Origin: Vicinamibacterales bacterium
GTDB lineage: Bacteria; Acidobacteriota; Vicinamibacteria; Vicinamibacterales; CAVVIG01
Assembly (NCBI GenBank): GCA_040081555.1
Contig: JBEBGG010000001.1
Span: 5,622 to 69,621, forward strand
Length of the DNA stretch: 64,000 nucleotides
Reading direction: 5' to 3'
Shown: in pieces, positions 12,915 to 22,008 of the stretch
How the letters are laid out: each line of letters opens with the position of its first letter
Numbering within the stretch: the first letter of the stretch is position 1
Program-made: the position numbers and the translations under genes
The notes under the pieces: model-generated
Databases searched by the model: none
Seen by the model: the letters and a program-made list of their open reading frames with translations, nothing else
Told to the model about the DNA's origin: nothing

Positions 12915-13310
12915 TCAGCCGCCTTCCTTCAGCTTCCTGAGTGCGCGCCGGTCTCGTTTGTCGGGCGCCTTGGCCGGCGTCGCGGCCCTGAACAGGCGCT
13001 CGGCGCGCCGCATCTCGATTTCTTCTGGCGTCGGCGGCGTGGTGAGGTCCTCGTACAGCGTGCGAGCGTCGGCTCGAGCGACGTGCTGGTCTGTGAGCCC
13101 GCGGACGAGCAGGCGTTGTTTGCGGCCGAACTGGCGCGAAATCAGCAGTTCGTCGCCGACCTTCAGCGCGCGATGCGCTTTCACGATATCGCCGTTCACC
13201 ATCACCTTGCCCAGCTTGAGGGCCTGCTGCGCCTCGGAGCGCGTCTTGAACAGACACGACACATCGAGCCAGATATCAATGCGAACCGCGACGGGAGCAG
13301 GGGAGGGCAT
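12915..13310 (-). CDS. S4-domain ribosome-associated heat-shock protein, Hsp15-like
   Basis: RIDIWLDVSCLFKTRSEAQQALKLGKVMVNG S4 motif with a basic C-terminal tail. Internal ATG at 13310 chosen. The longer ORF to 13499 adds a Cys/Arg-rich non-protein-like extension. Confidence 0.85.
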   Translation of the reverse strand: MPSPAPVAVRIDIWLDVSCLFKTRSEAQQALKLGKVMVNGDIVKAHRALKVGDELLISRQFGRKQRLLVRGLTDQHVARADARTLYEDLTTPPTPEEIEMRRAERLFRAATPAKAPDKRDRRALRKLKEGG

Positions 13311-13485
13311 GTAAGGTCGGCAGTTAATCGTCGTTGGTCGGTCTCGGTTTGCTGACTTCCGATCATACCGCCGCCCTTTCGTGTATAACTTCCGCGCCGC
13401 CCGCGGACATCCGCGGCATTCGGCCTGAGCCGTCCAGGCGGATGTGGCCGGCGACAGTCGGATCGACCTGGGGAGCCGAACCACG

Positions 13486-15171
13486 ATGTGGCAGCACAAC
13501 TACCAGCCGATTGGCGGAAGCCTCGCGTTGTCCGCGGTCGTGGCCGCGATTCCAATTGTCTTGCTGGCGCTCATGCTCGGGGCCTGGCGCAAGCCTTCGT
13601 GGATGGCCTCCCTGTCGGCGCTGGGCTCGGCACTTGTGATCGCCCTGGCGGTCTACGGCATGCCCGCGCAGCTTGCGCTGGTCTCGGCGCTCTACGGCGC
13701 GGCTTACGGTCTATTTCCGATCGCGTGGGTCGTCTTCAGTTCAATCATGCTGTATCGGCTCGCCGTCGACACCGGCAAGTTCGAGATCATCAAGGACTCA
13801 GTCGGCGGGCTGACTGAGGATCGCCGGCTACAGGCAATGTTTATTGCCTTCTCGTTCGGCGCGTTCATCGAGGGAGCCGCCGGGTTTGGCGCGCCTGTGG
13901 CGGTGGCTGGCGCGATGCTCGCTGGCCTCGGCTTCGATCCGTTCTACGCCGCCGGTATCTGTCTCCTCGCCAACACGGCCCCGGTGGCCTTTGGCTCCAT
14001 TGGTATCCCGGTGGTCACGCTGGCCAATGTGACAGGATTGCCGCTTCAGTCGCTCAGTGCGATGGTCGGCCGACTGTGCTCACTGATATCGGTGTTCATC
14101 CCTGGCTACCTGATCATGGTCATGGCGGGGCGAAAGGGCGCCATTGAGATCTGGCCGGCGATTGTGGCCTGCGGCGCGTCGTTTGCCGGCATGCAGTTTG
14201 TCGTCTCCAACTACATAGGTGCCGAACTCACTGACATCGTCAGCGCCCTGACCTGCATCGTCGTGATGGTGGCGGTGCTGAAGCTGTGGAAGCCGAAATC
14301 GATCATGCGCCTCGAAGGCGACGGTGCAATGACGCTCGCTACGAAGCGTCACGACACAGCGACGGTATTTAGGGCGTGGCTACCGTACTTGCTGCTGGTC
14401 GTGTTCGTGTTGGCGTGGGGCGAGCCCTCCGTCAAGGGCGCCATCGACCGCTTCACCCATCGACTGCTGCCCGGGTGGCTGCCACGCAGCGCGACAACGC
14501 TGAACGGGTTGAATGTGCCGGGGCTGCACAACCTGATCACGCGCGTGCCGCCAGTCACGGCCGCACCGGCGGCCTATGGCGCGACCTTCACCTTCAACTG
14601 GCTGAGTGCCTCGGGCACAGCGTGCCTGTTGGCGACGTTGACGGCGGCGCTGCTGATGGGGGGCGGACCGGGTCCTGTCGTCAGGGCCTACGTCTCGACC
14701 TTCAGACAGCTGAAGCTTGCGATGGTCACTATCGCGTCGATGCTCGGCCTGGCATATCTGATGAACTACTCGGGGATGACCTCCACGCTTGGTCTGATGC
14801 TCGCCTCGACGGGTGCAGCGTTTCCGTTCTTCAGTGCCGTTGTCGGTTGGCTCGGTGTGTTTCTCACCGGGAGCGATACATCGGCCAACGCGCTCTTCGG
14901 CAACCTTCAGGTCGTGACGGCCAACGCGCTCGGGCTGAACCCGATTCTCATGGCATCTGTGAATTCTGCGGCCGGCGTGATGGGGAAGATGATCTCGGTG
15001 CAGAGCATCGCGGTGGCCGTGGCGGCGACCGGAATGACCGCGGCGGACGAGAGCCGTTTGTTCCGCTTCACCATCCGCCACAGCGTGCTACTGATGGTTG
15101 TGATGGGGCTCTTTTCGCTGTTTTTTGCCTACGTGGCGCCTGGGTGGGTGCCGGCCGCGCCTGTCAGGTAA
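13486..15171 (+). CDS. lldP: L-lactate permease (LctP/LldP family)
   Basis: Recognisable along its full length as E. coli LldP-like: MWQHNYQP..., GFGAPVAVAGAML, TGSDTSANALFG, GKMISVQSIAVA. Confidence 0.93.
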   Translation: MWQHNYQPIGGSLALSAVVAAIPIVLLALMLGAWRKPSWMASLSALGSALVIALAVYGMPAQLALVSALYGAAYGLFPIAWVVFSSIMLYRLAVDTGKFEIIKDSVGGLTEDRRLQAMFIAFSFGAFIEGAAGFGAPVAVAGAMLAGLGFDPFYAAGICLLANTAPVAFGSIGIPVVTLANVTGLPLQSLSAMVGRLCSLISVFIPGYLIMVMAGRKGAIEIWPAIVACGASFAGMQFVVSNYIGAELTDIVSALTCIVVMVAVLKLWKPKSIMRLEGDGAMTLATKRHDTATVFRAWLPYLLLVVFVLAWGEPSVKGAIDRFTHRLLPGWLPRSATTLNGLNVPGLHNLITRVPPVTAAPAAYGATFTFNWLSASGTACLLATLTAALLMGGGPGPVVRAYVSTFRQLKLAMVTIASMLGLAYLMNYSGMTSTLGLMLASTGAAFPFFSAVVGWLGVFLTGSDTSANALFGNLQVVTANALGLNPILMASVNSAAGVMGKMISVQSIAVAVAATGMTAADESRLFRFTIRHSVLLMVVMGLFSLFFAYVAPGWVPAAPVR

Positions 15172-15274
15172 CACGAGGTGTGTCGCGGTACGCCGCCGCA
15201 ATCCGACCAAGTCATGAGATATTGACGAGCGTTAAGACATGGGTGATAGCTGCATGAGCCTGGAGGCGTGACGT

Positions 15275-16531
15275 ATGGGAATGGTTGATCGCGTCAAGAA
15301 CATCTGCCTGAGTCCGAACACTGAGTGGCCTGTGATTGCCGCAGAATCTGCGACGGCGGGGGGACTGATCACCGGGTACGCCTTGCCACTGATCGGAGTG
15401 AGTGCTATTGCAGGGTTCATCGGCAGCACGATGATTGGGGTCTCCGTCTTTGGTTCGACGTACCGGACTGGCTTTGGGGCCGGACTCGTCGGTGCGGCCT
15501 TTTCTGTGATCGTCGGTGTCGTCGGACTGTTCATCCTGTCGTTTCTGATCAACGCGCTTGCGCCGACCTTCGGCGGGCAGCAGGACAGCACGCAAGCGAT
15601 GAAGGTGGCTGTGTATTCCTATACCCCGGCCTGGGTCGCCGGGATGCTCGGCATCATCCCGTTTCTCGGGATGCTGGCCATTCTCGGGGGCCTCTACGGC
15701 CTCTACCTGCTGTACCTCGGCCTACCGACATTGATGAAATCGCCGGCGGACAAGTCCATGGGCTATACGGTGGTGGTCGTGGTGGCGGCAATCATCATCC
15801 AATTGGTACTCGGTGGCATCGTCGCAATGGCGGGGATCGGTGCGGTTGGCGCCGGTGTGCTCGGTGGGGCCGCCCTGGGAAGCGGTTCCTCATCGTCGGA
15901 GGACGTGCAGTTTGACAAGGACAGCCCGCTCGGCAAACTCCAGGAGCTCGGCAAGGCGATGGAGAAGAGCGGAAAGGAAATGGAGACCGCGCAGAACAGC
16001 GGCGACAGCGCTGCCGCCGCCGCAGCGGCCACCAACATGCTCGGTACTCTCTTCGGCGGCGGCAAGAAAGTCGATCCACTCGAGCTTGATCAGCTCAAGG
16101 CCTTTATTCCCGACTCCTTCGCGGGGCTCGCCAAGGAAGGCTCAGGCCGCGCCGAGAAGAATGGGATGGGCGGCATGATGATCTCGAAGGCGGAGGCCAA
16201 CTACGGCGAGGGTAGTCTCAAGAAGGCCAATCTGGAGATCACCGACGCGGGCGCCGCCAGCGGGCTGATGGGATTGGCCAGTTGGGCTGCGGCGGGATCC
16301 GTCAAGGAAGACGAGGACGGCTCAGAGAAGACGACAAAGGTGGGAGGCAGGCTGGTACACGAGCGGCGATCCAAGAGCGGCACTGACGAGTACAGCGTCA
16401 TGATCGCGGACCGCTTCATGGTCACGGCGAAGAGCTCCGACATGGACGTCGATGCGCTCAGGGCTGCCGTGTCGAAACTGGATCTCGCGAAGCTTGAATC
16501 GATGAAGGACGTCGGCGTTCAGAAGCCGTAG
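15275..16531 (+). CDS. Yip1-domain membrane protein with a ~200-aa soluble C-terminal extension
   Basis: N-terminal five-TM Yip1-like region. GGAGG lies 8 nt upstream of the ATG. The C-terminal half is hydrophilic and Ala/Gly/Lys-rich. Confidence 0.7.
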   Translation: MGMVDRVKNICLSPNTEWPVIAAESATAGGLITGYALPLIGVSAIAGFIGSTMIGVSVFGSTYRTGFGAGLVGAAFSVIVGVVGLFILSFLINALAPTFGGQQDSTQAMKVAVYSYTPAWVAGMLGIIPFLGMLAILGGLYGLYLLYLGLPTLMKSPADKSMGYTVVVVVAAIIIQLVLGGIVAMAGIGAVGAGVLGGAALGSGSSSSEDVQFDKDSPLGKLQELGKAMEKSGKEMETAQNSGDSAAAAAAATNMLGTLFGGGKKVDPLELDQLKAFIPDSFAGLAKEGSGRAEKNGMGGMMISKAEANYGEGSLKKANLEITDAGAASGLMGLASWAAAGSVKEDEDGSEKTTKVGGRLVHERRSKSGTDEYSVMIADRFMVTAKSSDMDVDALRAAVSKLDLAKLESMKDVGVQKP

Positions 16532-16533
16532 GG

Positions 16534-16881
16534 TCAGACTGACGAAGTGGCTGTGTTTGACGGCGTCAGACACAGCAGCACTTCACCGTCTTCTATGCGC
16601 GTCTCGTAGGTGTGGACGCACGCCTTTTGGCTGCCAGGCCGCTCCACGCATCCGCTCTCGAGGTTGATCTTCCAGGAGTGCAGTCGGCACACGACGGTGT
16701 TGCCAGAGACGATGCCATCGCTCAGCGGGCCGCCCTGGTGGGGGCAGGCGTCATCGACCGCCAGGAACCGATCGCCGAGGTTGAAGACAGCCACGTCACG
16801 GTCGGCGAGAGCGACGGCCCGACCGGCCTGCGGTGGGATGTGCTCGCACGGTCCGATCCGAATCCATTGCCGTTGGTTCAC
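16534..16881 (-). CDS. Small Rieske [2Fe-2S] protein, NirD-like
   Basis: CPHQGGPL ... CRLHSW (CxH...CxxH ligands all present). GTG at 16881 is preceded by GGAGG. The upstream part of ORF 16534..17175 overlaps the neighbouring gene and is not protein-like. Confidence 0.8.
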   Translation of the reverse strand: MNQRQWIRIGPCEHIPPQAGRAVALADRDVAVFNLGDRFLAVDDACPHQGGPLSDGIVSGNTVVCRLHSWKINLESGCVERPGSQKACVHTYETRIEDGEVLLCLTPSNTATSSV

Positions 16882-16951
16882 TGCACCACCTCCTCGATCG
16901 TAGACCGGGTCCTTGATGGTTGCCAGCGCGAACGAGTCGTAGTTGTGGCGG

Positions 16952-17659
16952 TTACGCGACCGTCGAGATGAGGCCGCCGCGCTGGCGCTTGACGCGCATC
17001 GTGAGGAATTGCACGCCGACTTCCCAGCCATTCTGCGCTGCGGGCTTTTGATGCGCGCTGCGGACGATGGCAACCGCACTGCAGAACTCGGTTTCGATGA
17101 GGAGCCGATCATCGATGCCCACGGGGCTGGATGTGACAAACCGCATGCCGGCGAGCGAGACGTCCTGCGTGACACCGCGGCACGGCGCGTCGTTTGGGCT
17201 TGGGCGCGCGAAGACGACCATCATGTTGCGGGGCAGTCGCGCCAGCGCGCGTCTGGACTCTTCGTCGGTCTCAAATCGTTGCACGGGGTAGAGTGCTCCG
17301 CCACAGGACCGGCAGGCACTATCGGGGTGCCTCTCGTAACCAGTCTCGTAGGGCGTGCTACAGAAGGCGCACAGGGCGATGGAGGGGTCGGGCTGCGCGT
17401 CGCGAGGGGCTTGTGGGGTCGCGGCGGCCTGCGCTGGCGACTCCAGCGGTGTCTCCAGCCACTGGTCGTAAGCGGCTCGCCGGTCGGGATGGCCGAGGGT
17501 TCGAAACGCCTCGTTGATGAGCGTCGCAGTGGCGTGGTCGCCGCCCAGATCAGGATGCATCTTCAGCCGCTGCATGAGGGTGCGGTAGCTGACTTTGATG
17601 ATCTCGTCTGGCGCGTCAGGGTGGACGTGCAGGACACGGTAGTAGTCGCGGCGAGGCAT
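16952..17659 (-). CDS. J-domain / CxxC-CxxC zinc-ribbon / PilZ-domain fusion protein
   Basis: RDYYRVLHV...MHPDLGGD (HPD motif), CAFC...CRSC, then RRALAR (RxxxR) and QDVSLAG (DxSxxG) about 25 aa apart. ATG at 17659. Confidence 0.8.
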   Translation of the reverse strand: MPRRDYYRVLHVHPDAPDEIIKVSYRTLMQRLKMHPDLGGDHATATLINEAFRTLGHPDRRAAYDQWLETPLESPAQAAATPQAPRDAQPDPSIALCAFCSTPYETGYERHPDSACRSCGGALYPVQRFETDEESRRALARLPRNMMVVFARPSPNDAPCRGVTQDVSLAGMRFVTSSPVGIDDRLLIETEFCSAVAIVRSAHQKPAAQNGWEVGVQFLTMRVKRQRGGLISTVA

Positions 17660-18033
17660 CACCTGACGTGCTCCCGCTCGGCCTTTGCTGGAACCTTCAC
17701 CTAGCGTGTATCGACCTCGCGGACGAAACCTTGAACCGTCGTCGAGCACAGCGCGGGGCATCGTCTGTAACCTATTGTGTTCGAGCTACTTCGCTACCAC
17801 GAGCCCTCTCCTTGAGGACGGTGACAATCGGCCGATTGGGCGTTCCGGCTCCTCCCGGTTCGGGACGCGGTCAAGGCCCGTGGACGGCACGTCGCGCCCA
17901 TCAGCGGGCCTGCTCACGTCCTTGACGTATGCTCGTCGCGGCTGCTTCCTCGCTCCGTCTCGGACCACGACGGACGGCGACGCGGGCCAGGCCCCATAGT
18001 GCGGGGCCTTTCGAACCTGAGGAGCGACGCGGA

Positions 18034-19785
18034 GTGGTGAAGGACCAATCGCTGGCACGGCAGATTCAACGTCGCGGTCGGTGGCTCTTGACGCTGGTGG
18101 CGGCGGTTGAGGTTGGAACCGCGGCCTACGTCGCGCTGTTTGGCGGTTTCTTCGTCATGTTCGGCCCGCTGCGGGTGTCGGCGGGCGATCCGGTCCGGCC
18201 GTTTGTTCTCGGGGGCGTCAGCGCCTGCGCAGCGATGGTGTTGCACGATGGCCACGCGCGCGATACGACGTGGAACTGGGTAGGGAGATGGTCGAGCGCG
18301 CTGGCCGTCGCTGCTGCGATCGCGACGCTGGCCGGAGCACTCGTGCTCGGCGCAACGGCGGCAGGCGCGTCCGACATGTATGGCTACGTCAGTCAGGCGG
18401 TGTTTCTGGCCGGTGGTCATGTTCGCATCGCCGAACCGCTGGCCGTGATTGACCCGGCGATTGCGGCGGCGGCGTCTCCGCTCGGCTACCGGCTCTCGGG
18501 GCCCGATTCAATCGCCCCGATCTATTCGCCAGGCCTGCCGCTGCTGATGGTGCCGTTCTACTTCCTTGGTGGTGAACGCGGGGTTTACTACGTCGTGCCC
18601 ATCCTGGGCGCCATCGCGGTCTGGCTGACCTTTGTGTTGGGCCGGCGGACGTGGGACGGTCGCGTCGGGTGCCTCGCGGCTGCCAGCCTCGCGTGCAGTC
18701 CAGTCTTTCTGCACCAGTTGTTTCTGCCGATGAGCGACGTGCCGGTGACGGCGCTCTGGCTTGCGGCGCTGGTGTGGGCGCTGTCGGACGGCGAGAGGGC
18801 ACCGCTGCTGGCGGGACTCGCGTCGGCGGTGGCGCTCCTCATTCGTCCGAATCTCGTGCCAGTGGCGGCCGGCGTGGCGGCGCTGATCTGGCTCGAACGA
18901 CGCCGGCTGTCCAGCCTCGCGGCCTTCGGACTCGGACTTCTGCCAGCGCCAATCGCCATCGGCGTTCTCTACAGCTCCTTGTACGGATCCGCGGTGTCGT
19001 CCGGTTACGGCTCACTGGCAACGCTGTTTCGTGTCGAGTGGCTCACGAGCAATGTTGCCGACTATTCGCGCCGCCTGGTGGAGACGCAATCGATGGTGAT
19101 GGTGCTTGCGCCAGTCGCCCTCGCTATACGTCCCTCGGCCCGCATGTTCGCACTCGCGGTGTTCTGCCTGCTGGTTTGCGCCTGCTACGCCTTCTACGTT
19201 CCATTCGAGGGGTGGCACTACCTGCGGTTCTTGCTGCCGGCGATTCCTGTGTTCTTGATCATGACCGCGGGGGTGGTGGTGTGGAGCATCAACAGGCTCG
19301 CCGAAGCCTGGCGTGGCGCGACCTACGGCGCGGTGTGCGGCATGATGATGATCACCTATCTTCCAAACGCCCAACTGCACGGTGCGTTTCATGTGGGCAA
19401 GGACCAACGCCGGTACCTCTCGGTCGGGACCTTTCTGGGACGGCACCTACCGACCAACGCTCTGGTGCTGGCGGGCCTCCACAGTGGCAGCGTTCGTCTG
19501 TATGGACACCGGCCGACGCTGCTGTGGACACAGTTGGCGTCCACCGACCTCGACCGATCTGCAGCTCTCCTGACAGCGAAGGGGTACGCGTTGTATGTGC
19601 TGCTTGAACCCGACGAGGAGCGGGATTTTCGGCGGTGGTTCGCTTCGTCGAGCTCACTTGGCGCACTCGACTGGGGGCCAGAATACGAATACATGGGCCA
19701 TCCAGGTGCCCGGGTGTACGCGTTGAAGAGAGACGCGTCGGTGACGGCCGGGGCAGCGGTGCCCACGGTGATTCCGGAGTCGTGA
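18034..19785 (+). CDS. Polytopic membrane protein, putative GT-C-fold (ArnT/PMT_2-like) glycosyltransferase
   Basis: More than 10 predicted TM helices, a first-loop SDMYGYVSQA motif, and a soluble C-terminal domain. GTG start at 18034 chosen because of GAGGAG 10 nt upstream. The ORF is open from 17929. Confidence 0.6.
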   Translation: MVKDQSLARQIQRRGRWLLTLVAAVEVGTAAYVALFGGFFVMFGPLRVSAGDPVRPFVLGGVSACAAMVLHDGHARDTTWNWVGRWSSALAVAAAIATLAGALVLGATAAGASDMYGYVSQAVFLAGGHVRIAEPLAVIDPAIAAAASPLGYRLSGPDSIAPIYSPGLPLLMVPFYFLGGERGVYYVVPILGAIAVWLTFVLGRRTWDGRVGCLAAASLACSPVFLHQLFLPMSDVPVTALWLAALVWALSDGERAPLLAGLASAVALLIRPNLVPVAAGVAALIWLERRRLSSLAAFGLGLLPAPIAIGVLYSSLYGSAVSSGYGSLATLFRVEWLTSNVADYSRRLVETQSMVMVLAPVALAIRPSARMFALAVFCLLVCACYAFYVPFEGWHYLRFLLPAIPVFLIMTAGVVVWSINRLAEAWRGATYGAVCGMMMITYLPNAQLHGAFHVGKDQRRYLSVGTFLGRHLPTNALVLAGLHSGSVRLYGHRPTLLWTQLASTDLDRSAALLTAKGYALYVLLEPDEERDFRRWFASSSSLGALDWGPEYEYMGHPGARVYALKRDASVTAGAAVPTVIPES

Positions 19786-19817
19786 ACGCGTCCGGGTGTG
19801 CCGGAGATTGAACGGGG

Positions 19818-20300
19818 CTAGCGAGCCCGTACTTTGGGTCTGACGGGAAGGGAGGCCTTCAACATCTTTGGGCCACTCTTGGTTCGCGCGGCTTGGACGT
19901 CGAGCACAATCTCGATACGTGGCGCGCCGGCGTGAGATTGGGGCTCCTGCGCCGTAGAGTCATCGGCTCCGCCAGTGGATAGTTCGTCGGCCTGCCACAC
20001 GGCCCAGATCCTGACCACTTGCGCCTTGGCCCTGTAGTTCACAACGAGGGAGGTCTTGCCGTTGACGCTGGCCGATGGATCCATCGGTCGCCCGGACGTC
20101 TTGCATACCTTCACGTCCCACGGGTCGGCCGCGAGTCTGGGGTCGACGCGTCGAATGCTGCCGGGGAACGTGGGGCAGTGTTGCGCGATGGCGGTGGCGA
20201 TCTCCATGGCGAGATTCATGGCCATGGTCTCGGCGGAAGGTGACGAAACCCCGTAGCTTTGGAAGACCGGTGCGATCTTTTCGTGCAACGCCTCCAGCAT
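19818..20300 (-). CDS. Hypothetical protein
   Basis: ORF 19818..20456 trimmed to the ATG at 20300 (MLEALHEKIAPV...). No recognisable motif. Confidence 0.45.
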   Translation of the reverse strand: MLEALHEKIAPVFQSYGVSSPSAETMAMNLAMEIATAIAQHCPTFPGSIRRVDPRLAADPWDVKVCKTSGRPMDPSASVNGKTSLVVNYRAKAQVVRIWAVWQADELSTGGADDSTAQEPQSHAGAPRIEIVLDVQAARTKSGPKMLKASLPVRPKVRAR

Positions 20301-20469
20301 CGGGGGCGCGGCAACCTGGGCAGGAGCGAGCTCAGGTCTTCGACCTAGGTGGAGCTGGGCCCGGGGGCGGTCGGACACGAGGGAAACGGTAGCAGTACCG
20401 CTGGGCGAAGTGCGGGTGAAGGCGCTAGATGGGATGCAGCGCTGTGCAGTCTGCAAGGAGAGGAGGAGA

Positions 20470-20545
20470 TGGTGGCGAAGGACAGAATCGAACTGTCGAC
20501 ACTACGATTTTCAGTCGTATGCTCTACCAACTGAGCTACTTCGCC
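20470..20545 (-). tRNA. tRNA-Phe (GAA anticodon), CCA encoded
   Basis: The reverse complement reads GGCGAAGTAGCTCAGTTGGTAGAGCATACGACTGAAAATCGTAGTGTCGACAGTTCGATTCTGTCCTTCGCCACCA. It has a cloverleaf with GAA in the anticodon loop and a GTTCGATTC T-loop. Confidence 0.95.
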
Positions 20546-20731
20546 ACGCAGGAACCGCGTGTGGCCTGAACGGACCGTTCGAGCCGGAATGACCCCCAAG
20601 CATAGCACGGAGGTTGCGCGCACCCTCCGTTGTCGTGGCCGAAGGGGGAGGGCCCGGCACAAGCCGGGACCTGACTGGACAGCCGACGGACCCCACAGAA
20701 CAGCGGACCTGCGCCCTACATCTAACAGCCT

Positions 20732-21808
20732 CTATGCCTCGCCGTCGCGAGCCAAGCCGAGTTCCTTGCGAACCCGCTCTTCGATGGCCTTGAAGATCTC
20801 CGGGTTGTCCTTGAGGAACTGCTTCGCGTTTTCGCGTCCCTGACCGAGGCGCTCGCCGCCGTACGCGAACCAGGCACCGCTCTTCTCGATGATGCGTTTG
20901 TCGACAGCGAGATCGAGCAGGTCTCCCGTGCGCGAGATGCCCTCACCATACATGATGTCGAACTCGGCTTCCCGGAAGGGGGGCGCCACCTTGTTCTTGA
21001 CGATCTTGACGCGCGTGCGTCCACCAACCACGGCGTCGCCGTCCTTGATGCTGGCAATGCGCCGGATGTCCACACGCACCGACGCGTAGAACTTGAGCGC
21101 GCGGCCACCGGTGGTCGTTTCCGGATTGCCGAACATGACGCCGATCTTTTCGCGCAGCTGGTTGATGAAGATAAGGCAGGTGTTCGACTTCGAGACCGCA
21201 CCCGTGAGTTTGCGCAGTGCCTGCGACATCAGACGCGCCTGCAGACCCATTTGCGCTTCGCCCATCTCGCCTTCGATTTCCGCCTTGGGCACAAGCGCTG
21301 CCACCGAGTCGACCACGACGACGTCGACCGCGTTGGAGCGGATGAGCACCTCGACGATTTCGAGCGCCTGCTCGCCGTTGTCCGGCTGAGAGACGAGGAG
21401 GTTGTCGATGTCGACCCCGAGCTTCTGCGCGTAGGTCGCGTCAAGCGCGTGCTCAGCATCGACAAACGCCGCCGTGCCGCCGCGCTTCTGTGACTCCGCA
21501 ATCACCTGTAGCGCCAGCGTGGTCTTGCCCGACGACTCCGGACCAAAAACCTCGATCACGCGGCCCTTCGGGAAGCCGCCGACCCCAAGCGCGAAGTCGA
21601 TGCTGATCGCGCCGGTCGGAATCGACTCGATCGGCTGAATGGCACCCTTCTGGCCGAGGCGCATGATGGCGCCCTTGCCAAACTGTTTCTCGATCTGGCC
21701 AAAGGCCAGTTCCACGGCCTTTTGTTTCTCCCGGTCGAGTTTCTCGTCTTTTTCCACGTTTCGCTCTGCGTTCTTGTCTGCGTTTCTGTCAACCAAGGCT
21801 GGCGGCAT
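20732..21808 (-). CDS. recA: Recombinase RecA
   Basis: [19 protein letters not shown] Walker A and full-length RecA similarity. AAGGAG lies 6 nt upstream of the ATG at 21808. Confidence 0.98.
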   Translation of the reverse strand: MPPALVDRNADKNAERNVEKDEKLDREKQKAVELAFGQIEKQFGKGAIMRLGQKGAIQPIESIPTGAISIDFALGVGGFPKGRVIEVFGPESSGKTTLALQVIAESQKRGGTAAFVDAEHALDATYAQKLGVDIDNLLVSQPDNGEQALEIVEVLIRSNAVDVVVVDSVAALVPKAEIEGEMGEAQMGLQARLMSQALRKLTGAVSKSNTCLIFINQLREKIGVMFGNPETTTGGRALKFYASVRVDIRRIASIKDGDAVVGGRTRVKIVKNKVAPPFREAEFDIMYGEGISRTGDLLDLAVDKRIIEKSGAWFAYGGERLGQGRENAKQFLKDNPEIFKAIEERVRKELGLARDGEA

Positions 21809-22008
21809 TGATGCTCCTTCAATTCCAGGACGGCGTCATCGCCATCCCATCCGGCGCGCGCCTCGCGCGTCGGGTCACGACGACTGGAAGCTCGGTCATG
21901 GTAAAAACGTGCCGAGCGAAAGTCAAGCGAAAATTCGTGCAATCACATTGTGTAAATGGTTCTAAATCATGTCCTTACGTAGGTCAGACACTTTCGCCTC
22001 TGCTGCTC

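Noticed and set aside
13401-13416. Palindrome CCGCGGA-CA-TCCGCGG upstream of the lactate permease, considered as an LldR/GntR-type operator.
   Set aside because: It does not resemble the GntR-family consensus (t.GT...AC.a). GC-rich palindromes of this size are expected by chance in this genome.
19786-20545. Genomic island integrated at tRNA-Phe, including the hypothetical gene 19818..20300.
   Set aside because: There is no integrase, no visible direct repeat of the tRNA 3' end, and no obvious compositional shift. A lone hypothetical gene is insufficient.
20546-20731. Hairpins between recA and tRNA-Phe (ACGGAGG-N10-CCTCCGT, and CCCGGC-acaa-GCCGGG at 20653-20668) considered as a recA terminator or small RNA.
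   Set aside because: The stems are real, but no U-tract follows on the minus strand and no known RNA family is recognisable. Too weak to annotate.
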